Assembly (NCBI GenBank): GCA_964641395.1
Contig: CAZXKQ010000007.1
Span: 7,815 to 71,814 of the forward strand
Origin: an uncultured Phascolarctobacterium sp.
GTDB taxonomy: Bacteria > Bacillota > Negativicutes > Acidaminococcales > Acidaminococcaceae
DNA: 64,000 nucleotides
Direction: 5' to 3'
The notes beneath the pieces are model-generated. The model saw nothing but the letters and a program-made list of their open reading frames with translations, was not told the DNA's origin and did not search any database. Of the stretch, positions 10,209 to 19,731 are shown one piece after another; within the stretch, counting starts at the first letter, position 1; each line of letters starts with the position of its first letter. The translations under genes and the position numbers were made by a program.

Positions 10209-11432
10209 ATGTCCGTCCTAGATCTGCTCCAGGAGCGGGGCTTTATCAAGCAGCTCTCCCACGCTGAAGAAATCGCCCAGCTCTTGGAACGGGAAAAGAT
10301 CACCTTCTACATCGGCTTCGACCCCACCGCCGACAGCCTCCACGTGGGCCACTTCATCGCCCTGATGCTGATGAGCCACATGCAGCAGGCGGGCCACCGG
10401 CCCATCTGCCTCCTAGGGGGCGGCACCGGCATGGTGGGGGATCCCAGCGGCAAGGACGAGATGCGCAAGATGCTGACGCCGGACTTCATCGCCCACAATG
10501 CCGCCTGCTTCAAAAAGCAGATGAGCCGCTTCATCGACTTCAGCGACGGGCGGGCCCTGATGGTCAACAACGCCGACTGGCTCCTGCAGCTCAACTACGT
10601 AGAACTGCTGCGGGAGGTGGGGGTGCACTTCTCCGTCAACCGCATGCTCACTGCGGAATGCTTTAAAAAGCGCTGGGAGAAGGGGCTCACCTTCTTCGAG
10701 TTCAACTACATGATCATGCAGAGCTATGATTTTTGGCGGTTGAACCGGGACTACGGCTGCCTCATGCAGCTGGGGGGAGACGACCAGTGGTCCAACATGC
10801 TGGCAGGGGTGGAGCTGATCCGCCGCAAGGAGCAGCGCCCCGCCTACTGTATGACCTGCAAGCTCCTCACCACCTCGGACGGCCGCAAGATGGGCAAGAC
10901 GGAAAAGGGCGCCCTGTGGCTGGATCCGGCCAAGACCAGCCCCTACGACTTCTACCAGTACTGGCGCAACGTAGACGACAGCGATGTGGAAAACTGCCTG
11001 GCCCTCCTCACCTTCCTGCCTATGGCGGAGGTGCGGCGGCTAGGCGCCCTCCAGGACGCCGCCATCAACCAGGCGAAGAAGGTGCTGGCCTACGAAGTGA
11101 CCAAGCTGGTCCACGGCCAGGCGGAGGCAGACAGGGCCCAGCAGGCCGCGGAAGCCCTCTTCGGCCAGGCTGCCGACCTGAGCGGCGTGCCTGTCACCTA
11201 CCTAGGCCCCGAGGCCATGACCGCCAAGATCGTAGACGTGCTCACCGCCGCCCGGCTCTTCTCCAGCAAGAGGGAGGCCCGGCAGCTGATAGCCCAGGGG
11301 GGCCTCAGCGTCGGCGGCAGCATCCTCAAGGATGCGGAAGCCTGCTTCAGCCCCCAGCTCTTCGATGCCCAAAGAAGCCTCCTCATCCGCAAGGGGAAGA
11401 AGAAGTACTTCCGCCTGGTGGTGAAGGCTTAG
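10209..11432 (+). CDS. tyrS: Tyrosine--tRNA ligase
   Basis: 407 aa; class I HVGH and KMGKT motifs, with a C-terminal S4-like domain. Confidence 0.96.
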   Translation: MSVLDLLQERGFIKQLSHAEEIAQLLEREKITFYIGFDPTADSLHVGHFIALMLMSHMQQAGHRPICLLGGGTGMVGDPSGKDEMRKMLTPDFIAHNAACFKKQMSRFIDFSDGRALMVNNADWLLQLNYVELLREVGVHFSVNRMLTAECFKKRWEKGLTFFEFNYMIMQSYDFWRLNRDYGCLMQLGGDDQWSNMLAGVELIRRKEQRPAYCMTCKLLTTSDGRKMGKTEKGALWLDPAKTSPYDFYQYWRNVDDSDVENCLALLTFLPMAEVRRLGALQDAAINQAKKVLAYEVTKLVHGQAEADRAQQAAEALFGQAADLSGVPVTYLGPEAMTAKIVDVLTAARLFSSKREARQLIAQGGLSVGGSILKDAEACFSPQLFDAQRSLLIRKGKKKYFRLVVKA

Positions 11433-11454
11433 GCCCTGCTTCTTAACTACTTCT

Positions 11455-11491
11455 GGCAAGGCTTCCCCGCTCAGGGGGCCTTGCCCTTTTC
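11455..11491 (+). terminator. Intrinsic terminator after tyrS
   Basis: GGCAAGGCTTCCCC-gctca-GGGGGCCTTGCC, followed by CTTTTCT. It lies only 13 nt before the next gene, so termination may be partial. Confidence 0.5.
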
Positions 11492-11504
11492 TAGGTGATG
11501 AAAA

Positions 11505-12359
11505 ATGAGTGAAGAAAGACAGTGTTCCAATACTAGCTGCGGCCGCTCCAGCTGCGCCGGCTGCCCCTCGGCCCAGGGGGGCGGGCAGCAGCCTGACTTT
11601 GCCGCCCACCTCAACCCTATGAGCACGGTACGACACGTGCTAGGGGTGGTCAGCGGCAAGGGCGGGGTAGGGAAGTCCCTGCTCACCGCCCTGCTGGCCG
11701 GCGCCCTGCAGCGGCGGGGTCACCAGGCCGCCATCCTGGATGCCGACATCACCGGCCCCTCCATCGGCCACCTGTTCTCCGTGCAGGGGAAGGCCCAGGG
11801 GAACGAGATCGGCATCTTCCCCTTCGTCTCCGCCGGCGGCATCCAAATAATCACCGCCAACATGTTCCTGGCCAACCCGGCTGAGCCGGTGATCTGGCGG
11901 GGCCCCCTGTTGGCGGACATGGTGAAGCAGTTTTTCAGCGACGTGGTCTGGACCGATGTAGACTACATGTTGGTGGACCTGCCCCCAGGCACAGGGGACG
12001 TGCCCCTCACCGTCTTCCAAAGCCTGCCCTTGGACGGCATCATTGTGGTCACCTCCCCCCAGGAGCTGGTGTCCATGATCGTCAGCAAGGCGGTGAAGAT
12101 GGCCCAGCTGCTGAAGGTGCCCATCCTAGGCCTAGTGGAGAACTATGCCTACTTCCTCTGCCCGGACAACGGCCGCCGCTATGAAATCTTCGGCCCCAGC
12201 CACCTGGAGGAAACCGCCGCCGCTTACGGCCTCAAGGTGCTGGCCCGGCTGCCTATCGAGCCCGCCCTGGCCGCCGCCTGCGACCAAGGCCGGATCGAGC
12301 AGGTTCAGTCCCCGGCTGTAGAGGCCTGCCTGGACGCCCTCTTGGAAGCCCTGCCCTAA
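11505..12359 (+). CDS. Mrp/NBP35/ApbC-family Fe-S cluster carrier ATPase
   Basis: 284 aa; VVSGKGGVGKS deviant Walker A. The N-terminus is Cys-rich (C-x4-C-x4-C-x2-C). Confidence 0.9.
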   Translation: MSEERQCSNTSCGRSSCAGCPSAQGGGQQPDFAAHLNPMSTVRHVLGVVSGKGGVGKSLLTALLAGALQRRGHQAAILDADITGPSIGHLFSVQGKAQGNEIGIFPFVSAGGIQIITANMFLANPAEPVIWRGPLLADMVKQFFSDVVWTDVDYMLVDLPPGTGDVPLTVFQSLPLDGIIVVTSPQELVSMIVSKAVKMAQLLKVPILGLVENYAYFLCPDNGRRYEIFGPSHLEETAAAYGLKVLARLPIEPALAAACDQGRIEQVQSPAVEACLDALLEALP

Positions 12360-12378
12360 AAAAGGGCGCACCAAAGGA

Positions 12379-12413
12379 GAGTGTCTGCCTGAAAAGGCAG
12401 GCACTCTTTTTTT
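12379..12413. terminator. Intrinsic terminator between the convergent mrp and aroQ genes
   Basis: GAGTGTCTGCC-tgaaaa-GGCAGGCACTC, followed by TTTTTTT on the plus strand. The reverse orientation has a weaker T-tract. Confidence 0.7.
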
Positions 12414-12430
12414 GCCTGCGGCCAGACGGC

Positions 12431-12865
12431 CTACTTCATCTCTGCCAGGACCTCCAAGGCCAGGGCATAGCCCTTAAAGCCCAGGCCGGTGATCTGGCCT
12501 AGGCAGGCGGCGGCCGTTACAGAATGGTGGCGGAAGTCCTCCCGCTTCTGGATATTGGAGAGGTGCACCTCGATGGTGGGCAGGTTCACCGCCTTCAGGG
12601 CGTCCAGGATGGCGATGCTGTAGTGGCTGAAGGCGGCAGGGTTGATGATGATGCCGTCGTGCTTGCCGTAGGTGGCCTGGATGGCCCCCACCAGCTCCCC
12701 TTCCGAATTGCTCTGGAAGATGTCCACCTGCACCCCTAGCTCGTCTGCCACCGCCTGGATGTAGGCGCTAAGGTCGGCGTAGTCCTTCTGGCCGTAAATC
12801 TCCTTCTCCCTCATGCCTAAAAGGTTGATGTTAGGCCCATTTAAAACAGCGATTCTCTTCATCAT
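12431..12865 (-). CDS. aroQ: Type II 3-dehydroquinate dehydratase
   Basis: 144 aa; VLNGPNINLLGMRE and VHLSNI motifs. Confidence 0.93.
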   Translation of the reverse strand: MMKRIAVLNGPNINLLGMREKEIYGQKDYADLSAYIQAVADELGVQVDIFQSNSEGELVGAIQATYGKHDGIIINPAAFSHYSIAILDALKAVNLPTIEVHLSNIQKREDFRHHSVTAAACLGQITGLGFKGYALALEVLAEMK

Positions 12866-13368
12866 ACAGCCTCCTTCCGGGCGATGGCCAGCAGCTGCTC
12901 CATAGCGGCGGCCTGGCTGCCCTCATTATCCACGGTATAAGCGCTATAGCGGCGGTACAGGCCTATCCTCTCCTGGTAGAGGGTGAAGATCCGCTCCTTA
13001 ACCGTCGCCAGCAGGGGGCGCTCATCCCCTGCTATGGTGCCGCTGGCCAAGATGGCCTGGGGACTTCTGTCGATAAAGATGATGCAGCCCTGGGCGGCCA
13101 GGAGCCGCATGTTCTCCTCCCGCTTCACCGCGCCGCCGCCACAGGCGATGACGCAGCCCTGCAGGCCGGCCAGGTAGGCCAGGGTGCGGCTCTCCGCCTC
13201 CCGGAAGGCTGCCTCGCTTTCGGCGAAGAAGCTTTTGATGCTCCGCCCCTCCCTGGCTTCCAGCACCTGGTCCGCATCGTAGAAGGGCCGGCCCAGGGCC
13301 GCCGCCAGCTGCCGGCCGAAGCTGGTCTTGCCGCAGCCCGGCAGGCCGATTAAGACTAGGTTCTTCAT
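12862..13368 (-). CDS. aroK: Shikimate kinase
   Basis: Start taken at MKNLVLIGLPGCGKTS (P-loop). This ATG overlaps the aroE stop (ATGA). The track ORF extends 20 codons further upstream. Confidence 0.9.
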   Translation of the reverse strand: MKNLVLIGLPGCGKTSFGRQLAAALGRPFYDADQVLEAREGRSIKSFFAESEAAFREAESRTLAYLAGLQGCVIACGGGAVKREENMRLLAAQGCIIFIDRSPQAILASGTIAGDERPLLATVKERIFTLYQERIGLYRRYSAYTVDNEGSQAAAMEQLLAIARKEAV

Positions 13369-14177
13369 GCCGTCAGCGCCTCCATCAGCCGCTGTACCAA
13401 GCTGTCCGGGTAGCTCTCCCCCTGCCACAGTTCCTGGGCCGCCACCGCCTGGGCCACCAGCATGAAGAGGCCGTTGCAGCAGGGCCGGCCCGCCGCCTGG
13501 GCCTGCTGCAAAAAGCGGGTCAGAGGGGGATTGTAGATTAAATCCACCGAGGCGGCGAAGCGGGCGCTGACCTGGGGCCCTACCGGAGCCGCCGCCACCG
13601 CCGGATACATGCCTACCGGGGTGCAGTTGATCAACAGGTCCCCCGCCAGCCCCTCCAGTTCCTGGTAGCTGGTAAAAACCGTCTGGGGGGCCAGGGTGAG
13701 GAAGGCCGGGTCTAGGCCCTGGGGCTGCCTGCTCACCAGGTAGAGCCGTCCTATCCCCTCATCCGCCAGGGCCTTCACCACCGCCCGGGCCGCTCCCCCG
13801 CTGCCCAGCACCGCCGCCACCTTGCCCCGGGGGTTGAAGCCGTAGTGGGCCAGCAGCCGGCGGAAGCCGTGGTAATCCGTATTATAGCCGTAGGCCCCCT
13901 GGGGGGTGAAGCTGATAGTGTTCACCGCCCCGATGGCGGCCGCCTCCCCTGCCACCCCGTCTAAGAGAGGCAGCACTGCCAGCTTGTGGGGGATGGTCAC
14001 ATTGCAGCCCCGGTAGCCGGAGCGGAGTTCCTGGAACAGGGCGGGCAGCTCCGCCGCCTCCGCCTCCAGCAGCCTGTACTCCCCCTCCTTGCCAGCGTAC
14101 TGGAAGAAGAGCTGGTGGATGGCGGGGGAGAGGCTGTGGCCCAGTCTGCCTCCCAGGAGGCCGTAACGGGGGGCCAT
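13365..14177 (-). CDS. aroE: Shikimate dehydrogenase
   Basis: MAPRYGLLGGRLGHSLSPAIH..., GCNVTIPHK. The ATG at 14177 shares its A with the pheA stop. Confidence 0.9.
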   Translation of the reverse strand: MAPRYGLLGGRLGHSLSPAIHQLFFQYAGKEGEYRLLEAEAAELPALFQELRSGYRGCNVTIPHKLAVLPLLDGVAGEAAAIGAVNTISFTPQGAYGYNTDYHGFRRLLAHYGFNPRGKVAAVLGSGGAARAVVKALADEGIGRLYLVSRQPQGLDPAFLTLAPQTVFTSYQELEGLAGDLLINCTPVGMYPAVAAAPVGPQVSARFAASVDLIYNPPLTRFLQQAQAAGRPCCNGLFMLVAQAVAAQELWQGESYPDSLVQRLMEALTA

Positions 14178-15298
14178 CAGCCTTTGCGGCGCTCGTACGC
14201 CTTGTAATTGCCTAGGATCTTGCAGTAGGTGCACTTGCCGGCTATTTCTTCCATCAGATCCACCACCAGGGGGTCTGCCAGGTTGCCTGTTACGTCGATG
14301 TAGAAGAAGTACTCCCAGCTCTTCCCCTCCATGGGCCGGCTCTCCAGGTTCAACAGGTTCAGGCCGGTGTGGTAGAAGGAGGCCAGCATCTTGTAGAGGG
14401 AGCCGGTCTCGTGCTTCACCGCCACGATGAGGGTGATCTTGTCCGCATTAGGCACCACCCCGGCCTTGCGGGCGATGATCACGAAACGGGTGGTATTGTT
14501 GGATTCGTAGTTAATGGCGGGGACGATGATCTGCAGGCCGTAGAGTTCCGCCGCCTTCTTCCCGGCTACGGCGCCCAGGCTCACGTCCTGCTTCAGGGCC
14601 ACCTCTTCCGCGCTCTTAGAGGTGCTGAAGAAGGGCACCTGCTCGATGGCTGGGTACTGCTTGAAGAATTCCTTGCTCTGCTTAAAGCCCTGGGGGTGGG
14701 AGTACACCGTCTTGATGCTGTCCATGGTGGCCCCCTCTATCCCCAGCAGGTTCTGCTCGATCTTCACACACTGCTCCCCTACGATGTGGCAGTCGTACTG
14801 ACGCAGCAGATCGTAGACCTCGGTGATGCCGCCGGTGGAGGAATTCTCTATCGGCAGCACCCCGTAGTCCATCTGGCCCAGGGCCACGCCGCTGATCACC
14901 TCTTCAAAGGTGTTGTAGTGGTGCCGGTCCACGGTCCGTTGCTGGAAGAAGTCCTCCAGGGCCTGATGGGTGAAGGAGCCGGGAGGGCCGAAGCAGGCCA
15001 CCTTGTAGACCCTGTCGTCCAGTTCCGCCAGGGCCGCCTCCTCCAGCACGCAGGCCTGGTCGATAATCCCCCGCATAATATTCTTCACCGCCAGGCTGTA
15101 GTCCTGGTTTTCCAGGAAGCCGGCCACCTTGGCGATGACCTTGGCCTCCCTGTTCTTGTCCTTCAAGGGCAGGCCCTGGGCCTTCTTGTAGGCGGCCACC
15201 TCCATCACCAGCTGCAGGCGCTTTTCCAGCACGTCTGCCAAGTCCTGATCCACCTGGTCGATTTCCTGCCGCAATAGTTCTAAGTCCCGCTCTCCCAT
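14177..15298 (-). CDS. pheA: Bifunctional chorismate mutase / prephenate dehydratase (P-protein)
   Basis: 373 aa. N-terminal AroQ-type chorismate mutase helix (LELLRQEIDQVDQDLADVLEKRLQLV), a prephenate dehydratase core, and a C-terminal ACT domain. Confidence 0.92.
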   Translation of the reverse strand: MGERDLELLRQEIDQVDQDLADVLEKRLQLVMEVAAYKKAQGLPLKDKNREAKVIAKVAGFLENQDYSLAVKNIMRGIIDQACVLEEAALAELDDRVYKVACFGPPGSFTHQALEDFFQQRTVDRHHYNTFEEVISGVALGQMDYGVLPIENSSTGGITEVYDLLRQYDCHIVGEQCVKIEQNLLGIEGATMDSIKTVYSHPQGFKQSKEFFKQYPAIEQVPFFSTSKSAEEVALKQDVSLGAVAGKKAAELYGLQIIVPAINYESNNTTRFVIIARKAGVVPNADKITLIVAVKHETGSLYKMLASFYHTGLNLLNLESRPMEGKSWEYFFYIDVTGNLADPLVVDLMEEIAGKCTYCKILGNYKAYERRKG

Positions 15299-15299
15299 C

Positions 15300-16397
15300 T
15301 CACTTCACCCACTTTTTAGCACTCAGGAGCAGATCGTAGAGCTGCCAGGCGGTCACCGCCTCCACCACCGGCACTGCCCTGGGCACGATGCAGGGGTCGT
15401 GGCGGCCTGCTATGGTCAGCTGGCAGTTTTCCCCCTTGGCCACGTCCACCGTGGCCTGGGGCCGGGCGATGGAGGGGGTGGGCTTGATGGCCACCCGCAG
15501 CAGCAGGGGCATGCCGTTAGACAGGCCCCCGGTGAGGCCGCCGTTGTTGTTGCTGGAACAGCGCACCCGGCCTGCCTGGTCGTAGTACATAGGATCATTG
15601 GCCTCGGCCCCGGTGAAGGAGGCCAGGCGGAAGCCGGCGCCGAACTCTATCCCCTTCACCGCCGGTACGGAGAAGAGGCCGTGGGCCAGGCGGCTTTCCA
15701 CCGAGTCAAAATAGGGCTCTCCCAGGCCGGGGGGCAGGCCTAGGGCCATCACTTCCACCACCCCGCCCAGGCTGTTCTGCTCCTCCTTGGCGGCCAGGAT
15801 GGCTGCTTCCATAGCCTGGCCCGCCGCCTCCTCCAGGACGCAGAAGGGCTTGCCGGCCAGGGCGGCCAGCTCCTCCTCTGCCTCCCCTAGGGGGTTGAAG
15901 GGCCGCTCCTCCACCGGTCCGATGCGGAGGATGTGGGCATAGACCCCTATCCCCTCCAGGGCCAGGGCCTGCTTGGCTATAGCCCCTGCTACCACCAAGG
16001 GGGCGGTGAGCCGGCCGGAAAAGTGGCCGCCGCCTCGGTAATCGTTGTAACCCTGGTAGTGGACGTAGCCGGCGTAGTCGGCGTGGCCCGGCCGCATCAC
16101 CCTGGCCAGCTGGCTGTAGTCCTTGGACTGCTGGCCCTTGTTGGCGATGCGGGCGCAGAGGGGAGTGCCGGTGGTGCGGCCGTTGAAAAGGCCGCTCTCT
16201 ATGTTGAGCCGATCCCCCTCCTGGCGGGCAGTGGCAGTCTTGCTCCTGCCTGGAGCCCGCCGCTCCAGCTCCCTCTGCACCTGGCCCAGGTCTAGGGCCA
16301 GGCCGGGGGGCAGGCCGTCCAGCACCAGGCCGATGGCCGGGCCGTGGGACTCGCCGAAGATGCTCAACCTAAGGTTGAGGCCCATGCTTCCGCTCAT
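15300..16397 (-). CDS. aroC: Chorismate synthase
   Basis: The start MSGSMGLNLRLSIFGESHGPAIG overlaps the aroA stop (ATGA). Conserved GESHG and RHDPC blocks are present. Confidence 0.93.
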   Translation of the reverse strand: MSGSMGLNLRLSIFGESHGPAIGLVLDGLPPGLALDLGQVQRELERRAPGRSKTATARQEGDRLNIESGLFNGRTTGTPLCARIANKGQQSKDYSQLARVMRPGHADYAGYVHYQGYNDYRGGGHFSGRLTAPLVVAGAIAKQALALEGIGVYAHILRIGPVEERPFNPLGEAEEELAALAGKPFCVLEEAAGQAMEAAILAAKEEQNSLGGVVEVMALGLPPGLGEPYFDSVESRLAHGLFSVPAVKGIEFGAGFRLASFTGAEANDPMYYDQAGRVRCSSNNNGGLTGGLSNGMPLLLRVAIKPTPSIARPQATVDVAKGENCQLTIAGRHDPCIVPRAVPVVEAVTAWQLYDLLLSAKKWVK

Positions 16398-17710
16398 GCT
16401 AACACCTCGAACTTGCCTCCCACCTGGGCGTAGTCCTGCCAAAAGGCGGGATAGGACTTGCTGACGCTGCCTGCCCCAGTCAGGATGATGGGCTGCTGGC
16501 AGCAGCTGGCGGCGATGGCCAGGCTCATGGCGATGCGGTGGTCGTTCCAGGCGTCTACCTGGGCTCCCCCTGCCAGGCTGGCCACCCCCTCTATTTCTAA
16601 GCCGTCAGGCCGCTCTTGGATGCGGGCGCCTAACTTGTTCAATTCCGTACTGATGGCCGCCAACCGGTCGCACTCCTTCAGCCGCAGCCGGCCGGCCTTG
16701 ATGACGCTGCTGTGGCCTGGGCAGAGGGCGGCCAGCACCGTCAGCACCGGTATGATGTCCGGGCAGTCGCTGCCGTCCAGCACCCAGGGCCGCCCCTGGC
16801 CCCGGCTCACCTGGAGGCCCCCCTCCGTCTCCTCCACCTCTGCCCCTAGGCAGGCCGCTAGGTCGGCTACCACCCTGTCCCCCTGCAGGGAGGCTAGGTC
16901 CAGGCCCTGGCAGCGGACCGGCCCTCCCAGGGCGCCGGCCACCGTCCAGAAGGCCGCCTGGGACCAGTCCCCCTCCACAGAGCGGGAGCGGGCCTGGTAG
17001 CGCTGCCCCCCTGGCACCAGGTAGCGGCGGTGGCGGCCGTCTTCATTGACCACCCTGATGCCGTACTTAGCCAGGCTGGCCAGGGTGAGGTTCACATAGG
17101 AGGCGGATTCCAGGGGAGAGGTCAGCTCTATCACCGAGTCCCCCTCCAAGAGGGGCAGGGCGAAGAGGAGGCCGCTGACGTACTGGCTGCTGACGTTGCC
17201 CGGCAGGGTGAAGGTGCCTGGCTGCAACCTGCCGTCCACCGTCAAAGGCAGGTGGAGGCCGGTCTGGGCCACCGGGCTGCGGTAGCTCAGGCCCTGCTGC
17301 TGGAAGATGCTGTAGTAGGCCTCCAAGGGCCGGCTGGCCAGCTTCCCGCCCCCGGTAAAGGTGAAGGGGGCGGCTAGGAGGGCCGCCAGAGGCACGAAGA
17401 AGCGGAGGGTGGAACCGCTTTCCCCGCAGTCCGCCCCTGGGGCCGCAGCCCAGAGGCGGCCCTGGCCTTTGATGAGCAGGGCGCTGCGGCCTGGGTAGGC
17501 GCTGGCCGTGGGAGCCAGCTCCACCCCCATGGCCCCCAGGCAGCGGCAGGTGGCCTCGATGTCCTTAGAGAGGCTGATATTGTCGATCTTACTGGTGCCG
17601 GCCGCCAGGGCGGCGCAGATGATCTCCCGGTGCCCCATGCTCTTAGAGGAGGGGGCGGTCACCTGGCCCTGGAGGCGGCTGGGATAAAGGCGTAGCTTGT
17701 CCATAATCAT
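16394..17710 (-). CDS. aroA: 3-phosphoshikimate 1-carboxyvinyltransferase (EPSP synthase)
   Basis: 438 aa; APSSKSMGHREI N-terminal motif and DHRIAMSLAIAA C-terminal motif. Confidence 0.95.
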   Translation of the reverse strand: MIMDKLRLYPSRLQGQVTAPSSKSMGHREIICAALAAGTSKIDNISLSKDIEATCRCLGAMGVELAPTASAYPGRSALLIKGQGRLWAAAPGADCGESGSTLRFFVPLAALLAAPFTFTGGGKLASRPLEAYYSIFQQQGLSYRSPVAQTGLHLPLTVDGRLQPGTFTLPGNVSSQYVSGLLFALPLLEGDSVIELTSPLESASYVNLTLASLAKYGIRVVNEDGRHRRYLVPGGQRYQARSRSVEGDWSQAAFWTVAGALGGPVRCQGLDLASLQGDRVVADLAACLGAEVEETEGGLQVSRGQGRPWVLDGSDCPDIIPVLTVLAALCPGHSSVIKAGRLRLKECDRLAAISTELNKLGARIQERPDGLEIEGVASLAGGAQVDAWNDHRIAMSLAIAASCCQQPIILTGAGSVSKSYPAFWQDYAQVGGKFEVLA

Positions 17711-18792
17711 GCTAGGTAGGCAGGGGCTTCCTGCCAGGGCAGGCTGTGCAGGACGGCCTCCCCGATGCGTTTTAATATAACCAGGGTGAGCCTGTCCCCC
17801 TGTTTCTTCTTATCCTTGGCCATCACCGCCAGCAGGGGCTGCTTAGGCAGCTCCTCCCCTAGGGGCAGCTGGTAGCGGAGCAGGGCCTGCTTAAGGGCGG
17901 CGGTGGTGCCGGGGGCGGTGAGGCCCAGGGCCTCCGTCCGCTTGGTGAGCTGGTACATGCCGATGGCCACCCCCTCCCCGTGGGTGTAGGTGCCGTAGCC
18001 GTAGTACTGCTCCACTGCATGGCCCAGGGTGTGGCCGAAGTTCAAAAGGGCCCGCAGCCCGGTGTCCAGTTCGTCCTGCTCTACGATCCGGGCCTTGATG
18101 GCGCAGCAGGCGGCCACCAGCTGGGGAGCCGCCGCCAAGAGGGCGGCGTCGTCCTCACAGGCGGCCAACTGCCGGAAGAGGGCTGCGTCCTTGATGCAGC
18201 CGTACTTGATGGCCTCCGCCGTACCGTCGTGGAGGAAGCGGGTGGGCAGGGTGCCGAGCAGCTCTGTGTCGATGTACACCGCCTTAGGCTGGTAGAAGGC
18301 GCCGGCCAGGTTCTTCCCCGCTGCCAGGTCCACCGCCACCTTCCCTCCTACGCTGCTGTCGATCTGGGCCAGCAGGGAGGTGGGCACCTGGACGAAGCTG
18401 AGGCCCCGCATGTAGCAGGCGGCGGCGAAGCCGCCTAGATCCCCCACCACCCCTCCTCCCAGGGTGAGGACCAGGTCGCTGCGGGTCAGCCCGGCCTGGG
18501 CCATGGCCTCCAAGAGCCGGCCTAGGTGGGCCAGGTTCTTGCTCCCCTCCCCGGCGGGGATGAGGAGGCTGAAGCTGGCCAGCCCCGCCTCCGCCAAGGA
18601 GGCGGCCAGCCGCCGGCCGTAGAGGGGGCCTACATTGCTGTCGCTGATGATGCAGGCCTGGCGGGCCTTAGGCAGCAGCTGGGCCACCGCCCCGCCCACG
18701 CCGTCCAGCAGGCCACGGCCGCTGTAGATGTGGTAGGCCTTAGGGCCTAGGTCCACGGTAATAGTCTGGTGCAGGCCTTTAAGGGTTGCCAC
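17707..18792 (-). CDS. aroB: 3-dehydroquinate synthase
   Basis: 361 aa; GGGVVGDLGGFAAA nucleotide loop and the HTLGHAVE metal site. GTG start preceded by GAGGAGAAGGGG. Confidence 0.93.
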   Translation of the reverse strand: MATLKGLHQTITVDLGPKAYHIYSGRGLLDGVGGAVAQLLPKARQACIISDSNVGPLYGRRLAASLAEAGLASFSLLIPAGEGSKNLAHLGRLLEAMAQAGLTRSDLVLTLGGGVVGDLGGFAAACYMRGLSFVQVPTSLLAQIDSSVGGKVAVDLAAGKNLAGAFYQPKAVYIDTELLGTLPTRFLHDGTAEAIKYGCIKDAALFRQLAACEDDAALLAAAPQLVAACCAIKARIVEQDELDTGLRALLNFGHTLGHAVEQYYGYGTYTHGEGVAIGMYQLTKRTEALGLTAPGTTAALKQALLRYQLPLGEELPKQPLLAVMAKDKKKQGDRLTLVILKRIGEAVLHSLPWQEAPAYLA

Positions 18793-19681
18793 GGTTCAAT
18801 CCCCTTCTCCTCTCCCTGGCCAGGCGCATCAAGGCCTTCATAGCCTCTCCGTCCCCCCGGCCCAGGGCCTGCTGCCACAGGTGCAGCTGTGCTACGTACT
18901 TGTCCAGCTCCGCCAGCAGTTCCTCCCTGTTGCTCAAGAAGAGGTCGCACCACAGCTCCGGATTGATGTCTGCCACCCTGGTGCCGTCCTTAAAGCTGCC
19001 AGCCACAAAAAAGCGGGTGTTCTCGTTATAGGAGGGGCTGTCGATGAGGGCCACGGCGGCCACATGGGTGAGCTGGCTCACGTAGGCGATGATCCTGTCG
19101 TGCTCCTGGGGCGTCACCGTCACCGTCTGCTTACAGCCCAGGGCCAGGGCGAAGCTGCGCAGCCAGGCCACAGCCTGGGGGCTGTTGGCCTCCGTAGGCA
19201 CCACGATGTAGTTGGCCGAGTGGAAGATCTTCTCCGAGGCCATGGCCAGGCCCTGGGCCTCCCGCCCTGCCATAGGGTGGCCGGCGATGAACTCCATGCC
19301 CTGGGGCAGCACCCTCTGGATGTCGTAGGGCAGGCTGCCCTTGATGCCGGTCACATCCGTCACCAAGGCGTCGGCCTTGAAGTAGGCCGCATTGGCCGTG
19401 ATGAAACTGTACACCGCCTCAGGGTAGATGGCGCAGAGCACCACGTCCGCCTCTCCCAGGGCCGGCCCCGGCTGCTGGAGGGCCAGGTCTAGCAGGCCCA
19501 GGGCCTGGGCCTCCTCTAGCACCGCCCCCTCCCTGTCCAGGCCGATGATGCGCTTCACTCCCAGGCAGCGCAGGGCCTTGGCCATAGAGCCGCCGATGAC
19601 GCCTAGGCCGATGATGGCGAAGCTCAGCCCCCCTAGGGAGAGGCCGCCGTCAGGGCCTAGGCCCTTAAAACCACTGTCCAC
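18779..19681 (-). CDS. tyrA: Prephenate dehydrogenase
   Basis: 300 aa; IIGLGVIGGSMAKAL Rossmann motif and the HPMAG block. GTG start with a GGAGGT RBS. Confidence 0.9.
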   Translation of the reverse strand: MDSGFKGLGPDGGLSLGGLSFAIIGLGVIGGSMAKALRCLGVKRIIGLDREGAVLEEAQALGLLDLALQQPGPALGEADVVLCAIYPEAVYSFITANAAYFKADALVTDVTGIKGSLPYDIQRVLPQGMEFIAGHPMAGREAQGLAMASEKIFHSANYIVVPTEANSPQAVAWLRSFALALGCKQTVTVTPQEHDRIIAYVSQLTHVAAVALIDSPSYNENTRFFVAGSFKDGTRVADINPELWCDLFLSNREELLAELDKYVAQLHLWQQALGRGDGEAMKALMRLARERRRGLNRGNP

Positions 19682-19731
19682 GCTAATTTACCTCCATCCT
19701 ACCGTACTACTATATAAATTAGCCTTTCAGT

